The notes: generated by a model from the sequence alone, not told the origin. A stretch of DNA of 64,000 nucleotides from Candidatus Sumerlaeaceae bacterium (GCA_051003195.1 JBPCLP010000047.1:1-64000); one strand, 5' to 3'. Shown: positions 48,009 through 58,289, counted from the stretch's first letter. Numbers and translations are program-made.

Positions 48009-49787
48009 CTAGTCATCGACAGTGATGCGCATGATTTCCTGCACGGTCGTCTGGCCAAGCAGCACTTTTTCCCAGCCGTCCATGCGCAGCGTCCGCATCC
48101 CGTGCTTCATGCCCACTTTCTTCAGCTTGGCAGCGCTTTCGACGCGCATCACCAGCTGGCGAAGCTCGGGGTTGTTCACAAAAATTTCATGGATGGCGGT
48201 TCGCCCGCGGTAACCGCTATGGTTGCAGCGTTCGCATCCGGCTCCTTTATAAAACGTCGTGTCGGCGTATTCGTCGTAGTTCACTCCGCCGACTTCCAGC
48301 TCTTCCCGGCGGGCCTTATACTCGATCCTGCAGTGCGCGCAGATCTTTCTGAGAAGGCGCTGCGCGATAACAGCCTGAATCGAGCTGGCGACCAGGAACG
48401 GTTTCAGGCCCATGTCAATCAAGCGCACGCAGGCGCTGGGCGCATCGTTCGTGTGCAGCGTGCTGAAAACAAGGTGTCCGGTAAGCGCCGCGCGAATACC
48501 GATTTCCGCTGTCTCAAGGTCGCGCATTTCACCTACCATGATCACGTCCGGTGACTGGCGCAGTATGGATCGCAGTGCCAGCGCGAAGTCCAGACCGATG
48601 TCTTTGTTGATCTGCACCTGGTTAATGCCGTCGAGCATGTACTCGACCGGGTCCTCAACCGTTACGATCTTGGTCTCGGCGTTGTTGATCGTCGCAAGCG
48701 CCGAATAAAGGGTCGTTGTTTTACCCGAACCCGTCGGGCCGGTCATCAGGATAACGCCGTTAGGGCTCTTGATCAGGTCACGGAAAATCGAAATAGTATC
48801 GGGCAGGAAGCCGACATCTTCGAGGCCCATCAGGACGCTGCTCTGGTCCAGCAGACGCATGACGATGGACTCGCCGAAAATGGTTGGGATGGAAGATACA
48901 CGGACATCGAGTTTCTTGCCGGGAATGTTGAGCTTAATACGTCCGTCCAGCGGCACGCGTTTCTCGGCCAGGTCCATTCCGGATAAAACCTTTAACCGCG
49001 AAATGATCGAGTTTTGCCATTTCTTCGGCGGTGCTGGAACGTCATGCAGAACACCGTCGATCCGGAACCTTATCGTGACGCCGCTCTTGTTCGGCTCGAT
49101 GTGAATGTCGGACGCGCGGTCGTGCACCGCCGTCTTAAAGATAAGGTCGACATACTTAACGACTGGTGGTTGTTCATGGCCGTCCCTGCCCGTAAGGTCG
49201 ACGTTCGAATACCGGTCTTCTTCACTTTCACGAGTCTCAGCGGCCACCGCCTCGTCGGCGATATTATGATACAGGTCCGAGATGTCGTTGCCTTCGTAGT
49301 AGTGCTTGATGAATTTGTCGATCTCGTGCTCGTCCGCGACGATCACCTGCACGCTCTTGTGATAAATCTTCTCGAGGTCATCCGTCGTCTGGATGTTTAG
49401 CGGATCGGCCAGCGCGACGTACAGAGTATTGTCGTCGTACCTGACAGGAAACACCCGGTACTTGACCGCATGCTTGGTCTCTATCTGCGCAAGCAACTCG
49501 GGGGTGATGTTCAGATCCTTCAGGTCGATCTGCTCATAGCCCTGTGCGGCGGCAATGGCCTGAAGTATATCGTCATCACGAACCAGACCCTGGGCGACAA
49601 GGGTATGTTTCAGCGAGGCGGCGCTTTCGTCGGCGGGGATCAGGTCGCGAATCATTTCGCTGCTGACAAGCCCGGCTTCCTCCAGCATCTGGGCCAGCGC
49701 ACCTGCGGAGCTGCCACCCCGGCTCTTCGCCGCCGCGGTGTGCTCGAAATAGCGGCGTTCCTCGGCCGTCGGCTTACGTACTGCCAT
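48009..49787 (-). CDS. PilB/GspE family secretion/pilus ATPase
   Basis: ASDIHIEP, RIDGVL, TGPTGSGKTTTLY, EDPVEY, LRQSPDVIMVGEMRD, TGHLVFSTLHTN, two CxxC. Confidence 0.95.
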   Translation of the reverse strand: MAVRKPTAEERRYFEHTAAAKSRGGSSAGALAQMLEEAGLVSSEMIRDLIPADESAASLKHTLVAQGLVRDDDILQAIAAAQGYEQIDLKDLNITPELLAQIETKHAVKYRVFPVRYDDNTLYVALADPLNIQTTDDLEKIYHKSVQVIVADEHEIDKFIKHYYEGNDISDLYHNIADEAVAAETRESEEDRYSNVDLTGRDGHEQPPVVKYVDLIFKTAVHDRASDIHIEPNKSGVTIRFRIDGVLHDVPAPPKKWQNSIISRLKVLSGMDLAEKRVPLDGRIKLNIPGKKLDVRVSSIPTIFGESIVMRLLDQSSVLMGLEDVGFLPDTISIFRDLIKSPNGVILMTGPTGSGKTTTLYSALATINNAETKIVTVEDPVEYMLDGINQVQINKDIGLDFALALRSILRQSPDVIMVGEMRDLETAEIGIRAALTGHLVFSTLHTNDAPSACVRLIDMGLKPFLVASSIQAVIAQRLLRKICAHCRIEYKARREELEVGGVNYDEYADTTFYKGAGCERCNHSGYRGRTAIHEIFVNNPELRQLVMRVESAAKLKKVGMKHGMRTLRMDGWEKVLLGQTTVQEIMRITVDD

Positions 49788-50040
49788 TTGTGACTAGCGC
49801 CTCCGCCCTTCCAGAGGGGATAACTTCATTACATTTGCAGCTGACATAGCGTTCCATGCCTTATTCAGCAACCAAAATCGCGACCCGACAGCTGAGCCTT
49901 GTCATTTTATGATTTGGGGCGCCTGGCATAACAGATGATATTCCCCACGGATTGAACTCAGCCGGATCCCGAGGCTGCGACAGAGCACCGAAATTCAGCA
50001 TTGATAGTATATTGCATACGAGGGTAGATGAAAAGTACAA

Positions 50041-50268
50041 ATGAGAATCGCGATCCTCATACTGGCTTCTGCCTTCGTGCTTAGCCTCATCTACAGCGCC
50101 TGGCGGATGCGCGACCGTTTTGAAATTATTGGAGAATTTGTGCAGTTTCTCCGCGAGCGTAAACTGTGGTGGATTGCGCCCCTCGTCCTTGTCTTCGTGC
50201 TGGCAGGTCTATTCGTGGCTGTCACCGCAGGGTCCCCCCTTGCGGCGTTCCTGTATGCGCTGCACTGA
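50041..50268 (+). CDS. DUF5989-like small membrane protein
   Basis: EFVQFLRERKLWWIAPLV..GSPLAAFLYAL. Confidence 0.75.
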   Translation: MRIAILILASAFVLSLIYSAWRMRDRFEIIGEFVQFLRERKLWWIAPLVLVFVLAGLFVAVTAGSPLAAFLYALH

Positions 50269-50506
50269 AAGCGGCCGCGGCACCCGGGCATGGTCGGCCT
50301 GGAAGCGTGCCGGGGAAAAGGCTGCTCATATAATTGGGATTGCCATTTTTGCCCTGCTCTGGCTCGTAGCGCTTGGGCCGATGGCGCTTGCTTCCAGGCT
50401 GCGTGGCAAGCATCTGCTGCCGCATTTTACCGGACGCGAGAATACCTACTATGTGCCCCGGGAGTCCAGCGAGCCAACGCTCGAGCGGATGAAGCGACAG
50501 TGGTGA
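50255..50506 (+). CDS. SxtJ-like small membrane protein
   Basis: W..AGEKAAHIIG..FALLWLVALGPMALASRLRGKHLL..TYYVPRE..MKRQW. Confidence 0.65.
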   Translation: MRCTESGRGTRAWSAWKRAGEKAAHIIGIAIFALLWLVALGPMALASRLRGKHLLPHFTGRENTYYVPRESSEPTLERMKRQW

Positions 50507-50642
50507 TATAGCCCCGCCGGCACAGGAGCCAGTGTCTGATCCACCTGAGCGCGAAACAATTACCGGGTCGCCAGTCGAACCGCTGCCTTACGAGGCTCGA
50601 TCCGTATTGCAATTGAAGCGGCGGCGGTGCCGGAACCACTGC

Positions 50643-51572
50643 ATGAAAACCAATTACATCCGGCCCGCTGCCATCCTGCTCGTGGGATGCTGCTGTGCCA
50701 CAGCCTGCGCAACGCAGACGCTCACCCTGGCAACTTACAACATTCACAGCGCAGTGCCGAATGGCTCCAGCCTGGCGAGCTATTTCATCACGCCGAAGGA
50801 TGTACAGAATGTTGCAGATGTTGTGACGTCTTCTAGCGCGTCCATCGTGGCACTGCAGGAAGTACGTTGCGAGTGGCAATGGCGTCGCGCCGCGCAGCAC
50901 GACACCTTTGCGCCTGATCTCGCGCGGCGAATTGCGCAGTACTGCGCGATGAACTTTGCATTCGGCAGTACCATCGATGATGTTACCAGCTATCCTTCCA
51001 ACACCGCCTACATCGAATGGGGAAGCGGCGACCAGTGGCAAAACAGCGGCGCCATCCACGGTGAATTCGGAAATGCGGTGCTAAGCCGTCACAAGCTGAC
51101 GGCCGTTCCGGTGAACATTCCATTGCCTACTGATCCCGGCGAGGAACAGCGCGCCTGTTTGCGGGTGTCATTTGCCCTCGACGAGACATCCTCGCCACTC
51201 GTGGTCTACGCAACGCACCTGCACCATCGCCAGCCGTCAGCGCGGCAAAAGCAGATGGCATCGATTCTCGACCACGCAAAGAAGGAAGTGACGACCGCAA
51301 CCGTCTTCATCATGGGCGATCTCAATACCAGTCCCGGCCCCGATGAACCGGATTTAATCGCAATGGCGGAAAGAGCGGGTTTTCACGACCTGGCAGCCCT
51401 GCATGCGGCAAAGCAAAATCGTTCACCAGACAACACCATACCTGCGCATCAGCCTAAAAAACGTATCGACTATATCCTGGCCAGCCGTCGACTGACAGTC
51501 CTCGACGCGCATACCATTGAAACGACAGCGTCTGACCACCTGCCGCTTGTCTTAACCGTCGGCGTGCCGTAG
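50643..51572 (+). CDS. Secreted endonuclease/exonuclease/phosphatase (EEP) family protein
   Basis: ATYNIH, ALQEV, GNAVLSR, THL, GDLN, IDYI, ASDHLP; start at MKTNY preferred over 50532. Confidence 0.9.
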   Translation: MKTNYIRPAAILLVGCCCATACATQTLTLATYNIHSAVPNGSSLASYFITPKDVQNVADVVTSSSASIVALQEVRCEWQWRRAAQHDTFAPDLARRIAQYCAMNFAFGSTIDDVTSYPSNTAYIEWGSGDQWQNSGAIHGEFGNAVLSRHKLTAVPVNIPLPTDPGEEQRACLRVSFALDETSSPLVVYATHLHHRQPSARQKQMASILDHAKKEVTTATVFIMGDLNTSPGPDEPDLIAMAERAGFHDLAALHAAKQNRSPDNTIPAHQPKKRIDYILASRRLTVLDAHTIETTASDHLPLVLTVGVP

Positions 51573-51598
51573 CCCATAGTCTAGATAAAGCAACGCTG

Positions 51599-51627
51599 TT
51601 GACACCCCTCGTGCAACGCGACATACT
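51599..51627 (+). promoter_or_regulatory. Sigma70-like promoter giving a nearly leaderless transcript
   Basis: TTGACA-17 bp-CATACT, ATG 9 bp downstream at 51637, no obvious RBS. Confidence 0.45.
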
Positions 51628-51636
51628 TATCTGCTT

Positions 51637-53346
51637 ATGCTCCGTCCCCATACCCGTAGTACGTGGAATCGTTTGCGCCTTACTGCCGCTCTTTCACTCA
51701 TTTCCTCCGCAGCCATCGCCTTCGACCCCGCGGCTGGCGATTTTGCCAGGCCCGCAGGCAACCTCGTTCGCGTAATGACCTGGAACGTGCTGGACAACTT
51801 TATCGCCACACCCGCTCTCGATGCGACTTTCAAGCGAGTCATCGAAGCTGCGAACCCGGACGTCATTTCTTTCCAGGAGATTGACACCAACCTCGCAGGC
51901 TCCGCTTCGGCCATCTCCGCCATGATCAAGGCCCGGCTTGAGACGTATTCGCCTGCATATACCTGGAACGTGTGGGTGGGTTCTTCCGATGGCGACAATC
52001 GCAATGCCCTTTGTTCGCGATATCCCATTTCGCTCACCCGTACTGACACGCTGCCTGCCTCGGATACTCGTGGCGTCACAATGGCACTCGTCGATTTACC
52101 CAATGCCACATTCGCCGCCGATTTGTACGTCATGGCCGTTCACTTCAAGTGCTGTGGAACCACCGGGGTCGGTGGCGATTATCAGCGCCGACAGATCTAC
52201 GCGGATGCCATTACCAACTGGATGCGCGACGCGCGCACGGCCGGCGGCAACATTACCCTCGCTGCGAATACGCCCATGCTTACAGTTGGGGATACGAACC
52301 TCGGGGGAGGCGACGATGGCGACGAGGCGCCGTATCATCCCGCGCGCACAATGCTTGATGGGAGCATTTTCGACACCGCAACGTACGGTGCCTCCTCGGC
52401 GCCCGATTGGGATGGTTCCAATTCCACCGACGCCGCGCCGTACGATTGGAACAACGCACAGCCGCGCACCCACTCCAGCACCACGCCGAGTTCGCGATTC
52501 GATCGCTTTTTTTACACGGATTCCGCCATGCGCCAGGTCGGTGGATGTGTTCTCAATACCAGCACCATGACCGCTGCCGCGTTGAGCGCCTCCGGCCTTC
52601 AGGCCGGTGATACTTCAAGTGCATCCGACCACCTGCCTGCCTTTGTCGATTTCGCATTGGGCGCCGATTCTGCCGCACCCGGCAAGTTGCTGGTGAACGA
52701 ATTCTGCGCAAACGACGTGAGCACGGACGATCGCACGTTCCTGGAAATAAAGAACGTCGGTGGCCGTGAGATCAACCTGGATGCACCCGTCGACTATCGC
52801 CTCAAGCTGTCGAACAGCGCATTGCCGACTACTCCGCCGGCTGCAGAAAACGAGAACTCGGACTTCGACATCAAAGGCATCGTTCCCGCAGGCGGACTCT
52901 TCGTAATGTACAGCAGCACAGGAGACTCCGTAGCCGTCGCGGGCACGATAGTGACTAACCTTCCAAACAAGCTTCAGCGGCACGATTTCGGGAACGTGTT
53001 CTTCCTGACGAATGCAGACAACGTAGCCTTCGCGCTCGTGCAGCAGGGCAAGTCGGATATCAGCACGACGTCCGAGACGGTAGTGGAAGCGTACGGCTAT
53101 GCGGCACCTTCGCCGGGAACAACCAGGTATTTCAGGACCGACAGCGGAAACGCACTGACGATCGCACTCGGTGCTCCGCAATGGACCAGTTTCAATTCGG
53201 GCAGCACAGCATCCGACCTGAGTTTGTCGCGCAATCCCGGCAATACGGTCTCCAGCAATTACGCAGGTTGGACCCTCGGCGCGACTGCCACGCCGGGTCT
53301 GCCAAACGCCGCCCCAACTCGTGTTAATGAGTGGTCGCTCTATTGA
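51637..53346 (+). CDS. Secreted EEP hydrolase fused to lamin-tail-like domain, ending VNEWSLY
   Basis: MTWNV, FQEI, HFKCC, GDTN, FDRFF, ASDHLP; LLVNEF..FLEIKN..ATPG. Confidence 0.85.
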   Translation: MLRPHTRSTWNRLRLTAALSLISSAAIAFDPAAGDFARPAGNLVRVMTWNVLDNFIATPALDATFKRVIEAANPDVISFQEIDTNLAGSASAISAMIKARLETYSPAYTWNVWVGSSDGDNRNALCSRYPISLTRTDTLPASDTRGVTMALVDLPNATFAADLYVMAVHFKCCGTTGVGGDYQRRQIYADAITNWMRDARTAGGNITLAANTPMLTVGDTNLGGGDDGDEAPYHPARTMLDGSIFDTATYGASSAPDWDGSNSTDAAPYDWNNAQPRTHSSTTPSSRFDRFFYTDSAMRQVGGCVLNTSTMTAAALSASGLQAGDTSSASDHLPAFVDFALGADSAAPGKLLVNEFCANDVSTDDRTFLEIKNVGGREINLDAPVDYRLKLSNSALPTTPPAAENENSDFDIKGIVPAGGLFVMYSSTGDSVAVAGTIVTNLPNKLQRHDFGNVFFLTNADNVAFALVQQGKSDISTTSETVVEAYGYAAPSPGTTRYFRTDSGNALTIALGAPQWTSFNSGSTASDLSLSRNPGNTVSSNYAGWTLGATATPGLPNAAPTRVNEWSLY

Positions 53347-53348
53347 AG

Positions 53349-54086
53349 ATGTTTCGAGTGCGGCCGCTTGCTGCCGCTTTACTTTACGGTTGCTGGTTGT
53401 CGCCGGCGACTGCTCCCGCTCAGCACTCCTCCACATTGTCCACTGCCTCCATATCGTCCATATCGACCACCGCCACTACAACCGCATTCCGCGACGCCCG
53501 CTACCCCGCACACTGGTGGACGCCGGTCCCAAAACAGGGAGCGCCCGACTGGGAGGTATTGCCGCAGGATGCCGGCCCGGGTGAAGTCATTCTCTCCAAG
53601 CGCAATGAGCTCGGGCTGCTGTCAAATTTCACTGCCACCACGTTCACACTCGATGGCCGAACCTACGCCAGTGTCGAAGGCTTCTGGCAGATGATGCTCT
53701 TTCCCGAAGGCCCCGACGATTCGCGCGCAAAAGCTGCCGGACTGGAATGGAAGCACACCCGGGACCAGGTTGCCGGCATGACCGCGTTCACCGCGAAGTC
53801 CGCCGGCGACGCTGCGTGGGACAACATGAAAAAAATGGGCATCGACTGGGTCACCTACCAGGGCCGCCGCATGCCCTACTACAAAACAGGCAGGGCCGAG
53901 CACTACGACGTGATCGTGCGTGCCATGCGCGCCAAGCTCGATCAAAACCCGGAAGTGAAACGCGTACTGCTGGCCACCGGCGATCTTAAATTGCGACCCG
54001 ACCATCATCAGCCGGACGACGCGCCTCCATCCTGGCGCTACTTCGACACCTGGATGCAATTGCGCAAGGAACTGCAGGAAAAGTGA
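53349..54086 (+). CDS. NADAR/YbiA-family protein with N-terminal signal-like sequence
   Basis: LSNF..FTLDGRTYASVEGFWQ..AKLDQNPEVKRVLLATGD..WMQLR. Confidence 0.7.
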   Translation: MFRVRPLAAALLYGCWLSPATAPAQHSSTLSTASISSISTTATTTAFRDARYPAHWWTPVPKQGAPDWEVLPQDAGPGEVILSKRNELGLLSNFTATTFTLDGRTYASVEGFWQMMLFPEGPDDSRAKAAGLEWKHTRDQVAGMTAFTAKSAGDAAWDNMKKMGIDWVTYQGRRMPYYKTGRAEHYDVIVRAMRAKLDQNPEVKRVLLATGDLKLRPDHHQPDDAPPSWRYFDTWMQLRKELQEK

Positions 54087-54126
54087 TCCACGGAAGCTAA
54101 AACGAGCATCGTTGTATTATCACTCA

Positions 54127-54681
54127 ATGGGACCCGCCAATATCTACGAGGTGCTTGAGTCCGCCACGGACGTTGAAACTGCAGAACAGCACCTTCAGCA
54201 GTTGAAGAGTATCCGGCGCACGTTTGCGCAGACGCTCAAGGCCGATGAAAATGCACGGGAGCGTTTCCTGGCAGATCTTGCATCCGTACTGGAAGAGTTA
54301 GAGGACTGGCCTGGAGTTTACCGAGCCTCGCGCGAGCGGCTGAAAATCGTTCGCCCGGCCGCTCGAAGCAATCACGCGCTTGTCTTCCTGATCGCGCAGT
54401 ACCTGGAGTCTGCCCGTCGCACTGTAAAGCCGAAGCCCTATGTTTGCGAACTGCTGGACCAGGTACGATTCGTGGAAGACGTTGCAGTCGAGCCGGTCGC
54501 GGTCGTGGCGCTGCGCCAGATGGTACTCCTTTCGGATTTCAAACTTTGCGGCAAAGCCATCTACATCTTCAAAAAAGTCGCGCGACGCTACGGCATGCCC
54601 GATCTCGCGTTTACACGGGCGTCGGTCGATCAGCTTTTCAACGCATACCGCGAAAAGTACCTGCAGTATCGATGGCAGTAG
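54127..54681 (+). CDS. Hypothetical protein
   Basis: Open frame with plausible helical composition; no motif recognised. Confidence 0.5.
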   Translation: MGPANIYEVLESATDVETAEQHLQQLKSIRRTFAQTLKADENARERFLADLASVLEELEDWPGVYRASRERLKIVRPAARSNHALVFLIAQYLESARRTVKPKPYVCELLDQVRFVEDVAVEPVAVVALRQMVLLSDFKLCGKAIYIFKKVARRYGMPDLAFTRASVDQLFNAYREKYLQYRWQ

Positions 54682-54905
54682 TGCAGTTCTTCGCGTCTGA
54701 TCCACCCTCGCGCCAGATCAGCCGCACTTGTGCGGCGAGAGAGCGGCGATGATACGCGCATCCTTTCGCGCGTATCGTTCATCGCTGCGAGCAATCAACG
54801 TCCGCCCGGCTGGGCGTGCCGCACCGTACAACCCGGACATTTCCTTTTACGCATCCCCTGAGAATTTGCCAGGTTTCGGAAGAGTTCCGGAGCTGCCCCC
54901 AGAAC

Positions 54906-55031
54906 TTAATTGGTCAAACGTCCCCGAATTGTTTGGTCTTCTTCATCAATAAAAAGCGAGGCCGCGCGCTACCAATATCAGCTCGTGACATGGATGCTTC
55001 GGAGAGGAAATATTATGAAAAGCACCGCTAA
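54906..55031 (+). pseudogene. 3' remnant of a BrnT-like toxin
   Basis: LVFFINKKRGRALPISARDMDASERKYYEK resembles BrnT C-termini (ISARxM..ER..Y); no BrnT N-terminus upstream. Confidence 0.6.
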
Positions 55032-55284
55032 GCGAAAGTATCCTTTGCCAGACTCCTTCGAGTCGGTACGCGAAGCGGGTGCGTTCTGGGACAAGCACAG
55101 TCTTGCCGACTACCAGGACGACCTGAAGCCGATTCCATTCACCGCGCAAATCAAACGGCGACATTTCGAGATTGAAATCGACGAGGAAAGCTTCCTTATC
55201 CTGCGCCGGCGCGCTTTAAAGCAGCGCAAACCCGTAAAGCAAATCGCCAGTAAAATACTAAAAGAGAATCTCGGCGCAAGCTGA
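55015..55284 (+). CDS. CopG/BrnA-like antitoxin
   Basis: LPDSFESVREAGAFWDKHSLADY..; C-terminal ribbon-helix-helix; overlaps toxin remnant; GGAGAGG RBS. Confidence 0.75.
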   Translation: MKSTAKRKYPLPDSFESVREAGAFWDKHSLADYQDDLKPIPFTAQIKRRHFEIEIDEESFLILRRRALKQRKPVKQIASKILKENLGAS

Positions 55285-55608
55285 TGTGATTCCAATTGGT
55301 ACTGATCGTCGCAGGAAAAGTCCCTGCCCGATGTTCACCGCACTTGACCAACCTTGTCCTCCGTCAATACGTCAGCCATGAACTGGTTCGAAACAGCTTC
55401 CGAGCTATCGCCGGTCGTTCTTCGCGGCGACAATCAACGTTCAGTACTACGGGGGCAGGTATATACCAGTTGTGAAGGGCGGGTCTGTTCCCTGGCGTAC
55501 CCTTGAGGTGGGCTAAGTCCAATAAAGTCGAAAAAGATTTTTGGGCGAACGTGCGATGGTGCGTGCCGGCAACTCCAGGTAGCTGTCTCGCGACACCCGT
55601 TCACCCCC

Positions 55609-55704
55609 CGAGCGACGCCCCACTCGCCGCCGACGACTCCGATTCGCATCTGTATTCCGCAATCCGCAATCCGCACTCGAAAAGTACTCCGCAATCCGCA
55701 ATCC
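55609..55704 (+). repeat. 36-bp direct repeat (copy 1) followed by heptamer cluster
   Basis: 55609-55644 matches 61701-61736 at 32/36; attccgcaatccgcaatccgcactcgaaaagtactccgc follows. Confidence 0.75.
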
Positions 55705-55856
55705 AAATGAGGCGCACGCCCCATCCGATCCTATGCACGCGCCCAGCGAATCACTGCTCCTCGAAAGCGTGGAAAATAGACCCATATCCGCGCTAAAAAT
55801 TGTGGGAAAGTCAACCGGCCCCGGTTAGTCGGTCCCGGTTAGTTCCAATCACTCAC

Positions 55857-56417
55857 TCAGCACACCTCCGCCTCCCGCACCGGCAGCCTCCCAAACAGCC
55901 GCTTAGCTTCCTCCACGCTCATGTGCGGCTCACTCCAGCGCGCCTCCCAGCCCCGCTTTACCTGGATGCACTCCAGCTTCGGCCGCTCCCGCAGATAGTG
56001 CCAAAAAGTCACGCGAATCCACAGCCATCCGTCCTGTCGCTCTGGCGCGATCCTATGCTCCGCCTCCCAAAATTCCTCGGGATGCTGTACCCGCTTGCCA
56101 TCCACCTCCATCGGCGGAATCAGCAGGTGCAGCAGCTCATGCTTCAGGATCATCGAGAAAACCTCCCGCGGTGTGTCGGGGTGGTTCAGGATGTTGTGGA
56201 TGTAGATCGTTGCCTGCGGCGATCCCTCCCGCGTGGTGATACACGCAAGCGTCGGCTGCCGCACAAACCAGGTATCTACCTCCGTCGCTAGCTCCGGGAA
56301 ATGCTCACGGCGAATCTCCGCAAGCATCGCGACGAGGTCCCACTTGATCCATGGGATAAACGGCTGCGCACGCATCCGCTCCAGCTTCTCCAGCATGCGA
56401 CCATCGGTGATAATCAT
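55857..56417 (-). CDS. Zn metallopeptidase-like protein (SprT/YgjP-like)
   Basis: IYIHNILN..MILKHELLHL..HPEEFWEAE (HExxH plus distal H). Confidence 0.75.
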   Translation of the reverse strand: MIITDGRMLEKLERMRAQPFIPWIKWDLVAMLAEIRREHFPELATEVDTWFVRQPTLACITTREGSPQATIYIHNILNHPDTPREVFSMILKHELLHLLIPPMEVDGKRVQHPEEFWEAEHRIAPERQDGWLWIRVTFWHYLRERPKLECIQVKRGWEARWSEPHMSVEEAKRLFGRLPVREAEVC

Positions 56418-56905
56418 GAAGCACTCCGTCGCTCCAAGCGACACTTCCTACCGAAGTCCCGACCTTACTACAGAGCTACTTTGAGCGGCTTGGGAATCTA
56501 AGGATCTTCTGTTCATACGGCAGGCCTAAAACACAGTTTCAAGAAGTGATGGCATCGATGGATCTGTCTCACCGCTCAGTATCCACCCGTTCCTCCAGCG
56601 GTCGTCACCGAAGTCGCCGGTGTACAAAGTGAAAAAGGTGGATCTAGATTATTTTGGAGAGTAATGATTAACCTGTCACCGCATTTTCGTTTCTAGATGT
56701 TGTACCTTTGGCCTTGATTGTAGCCTATATGTAGTACGTCATCCAATGGTGCTAGTGCTTGGGTAAGCCTATTCACAACCCAAGCTGCATGAAAGCAGAA
56801 CGTTAGTTCTATATTGACAGCCGAGCGACGCATGAACAAGTACAGCTCTGAATTGAACAGCAGCTCGTACTCGAACTGCTTGCGACGTGGGGAAAGACTG
56901 ATGCA

Positions 56906-57601
56906 ATGGCCAGAAAGATGCAGCCCCTCACAACTGAGCGACTGTCTGTCATTCAGGTTCCGGAACTGGCCGCACGCGGATATGAAATTCACGAATGGAA
57001 GCATGCCACCGCGATTTTGCGCACGGACTTTCCAGAAGAGTGGCAGGACATAGCGAAGGTGATGAATGACTTTTCTTTAAGGAAAAGCGCCGTGGTCGCC
57101 GAGGGCGGCGGAAAAACTAAAGATATCGCAGGCGTCATTGACGCAGCCTTCACCACACGCGGTTGGCGAGAAAAGGGCTTCGCCACGAAGGTCGTTGTGG
57201 ATGAACACGAAATGGACAGCCCAACCCACAAAGTCGATTGTTACAAAAACCGTGTCGCACTTGAATTAGAGTGGAACAATAAGGATCCGTTCTTCGACCG
57301 CGACCTTAATAATTTTCGCCTGCTATTTGACCTGCGGGCAATAAGCGTTGGCATCATCATCACTAGATGTGACGAGCTCCAGGATATCTTCGATGGACTC
57401 TACGTGACCGATTCGAAGCGGGAGGCGGTGAAGCAGATTGGGAAAAAGTATGGGCCATCTACAACGCATCTTTCGCGGCTGCTGCCCCGTATAGAAGGCG
57501 GAGGCGGCGGGGGTTGCCCAATCCTGGTAATTGGTATCTCAAAAGCTGTATACGTAGAAGACGTTCAAGGTTACTCAAAGGACATTCCAAATGCAAGCTA
57601 A
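56906..57601 (+). CDS. BglII/BstYI-family restriction endonuclease
   Basis: THKVDCYKNRVALELEWNNKDPFFDRDL, VGIIITR, GGGGGCPILVIGI. Confidence 0.85.
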   Translation: MARKMQPLTTERLSVIQVPELAARGYEIHEWKHATAILRTDFPEEWQDIAKVMNDFSLRKSAVVAEGGGKTKDIAGVIDAAFTTRGWREKGFATKVVVDEHEMDSPTHKVDCYKNRVALELEWNNKDPFFDRDLNNFRLLFDLRAISVGIIITRCDELQDIFDGLYVTDSKREAVKQIGKKYGPSTTHLSRLLPRIEGGGGGGCPILVIGISKAVYVEDVQGYSKDIPNAS

Positions 57602-58289
57602 CGCGCCGTCGCCAGCCGAGGAATTGCTGCTGCTGCCAAAGAAGCATTTTCGCACCATTCTCGCAGATCCACCATGGCAGTTTCAAAACCGCACCGGCAA
57701 GGTTGCGCCCGAACACCGGCGCTTGAATCGCTACAGTACTATGAGCCTGAAAGAGATCGAAGGACTTCCCGTGGAACAGCTGGTGGCCGAACCGGCGCAT
57801 CTCTACCTGTGGGTTCCGAACGCGTTGCTGCCGGAGGGCATCCGGGTTCTCCGCGCATGGGGATTCGATTACAAATCTAACATCGTTTGGCATAAAGTGC
57901 GAAAGGATGGCGGCCCCGATGGCCGTGGTGTTGGATTTTATTTCCGTAATGTGACGGAGCTGATCTTATTCGGAACGCGCGGCAAGAAGGCACGAACACT
58001 TGCGCCGGGACGCAGTCAGGTAAATATCATCAAGTCTATGAAGCGTGAACATTCACGCAAACCGGACGAGCTGTATGATATAATCGAAGCTTGCAGCCCG
58101 GAACCTCGGCTAGAGCTGTTCGCACGCGGAGCGCGGAACGGTTGGTCGGTTTGGGGAAACCAATCACAAGAATACTACCCAAGTTGGCCGACGTATGCCA
58201 ACCATTCGCGCTCACATGAGGAAAAGCCTCGCACCGGCCCAGTGCAACTAGCATGCGAGCTTGCTGAACGGGCTGCGTTTTACGGCTAG
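57591..58289 (+). CDS. MT-A70 family N6-adenine methyltransferase
   Basis: ILADPPW, HLYLWVPN, AWGFDYK, YFRNVTE, REHSRKP, LELFAR; overlaps REase stop. Confidence 0.92.
   Translation: MQANAPSPAEELLLLPKKHFRTILADPPWQFQNRTGKVAPEHRRLNRYSTMSLKEIEGLPVEQLVAEPAHLYLWVPNALLPEGIRVLRAWGFDYKSNIVWHKVRKDGGPDGRGVGFYFRNVTELILFGTRGKKARTLAPGRSQVNIIKSMKREHSRKPDELYDIIEACSPEPRLELFARGARNGWSVWGNQSQEYYPSWPTYANHSRSHEEKPRTGPVQLACELAERAAFYG

Noticed and set aside
50041..50506. Saxitoxin biosynthesis (sxtJ/K-like genes)
   Set aside because: These small-protein families are widespread; no other sxt genes are present
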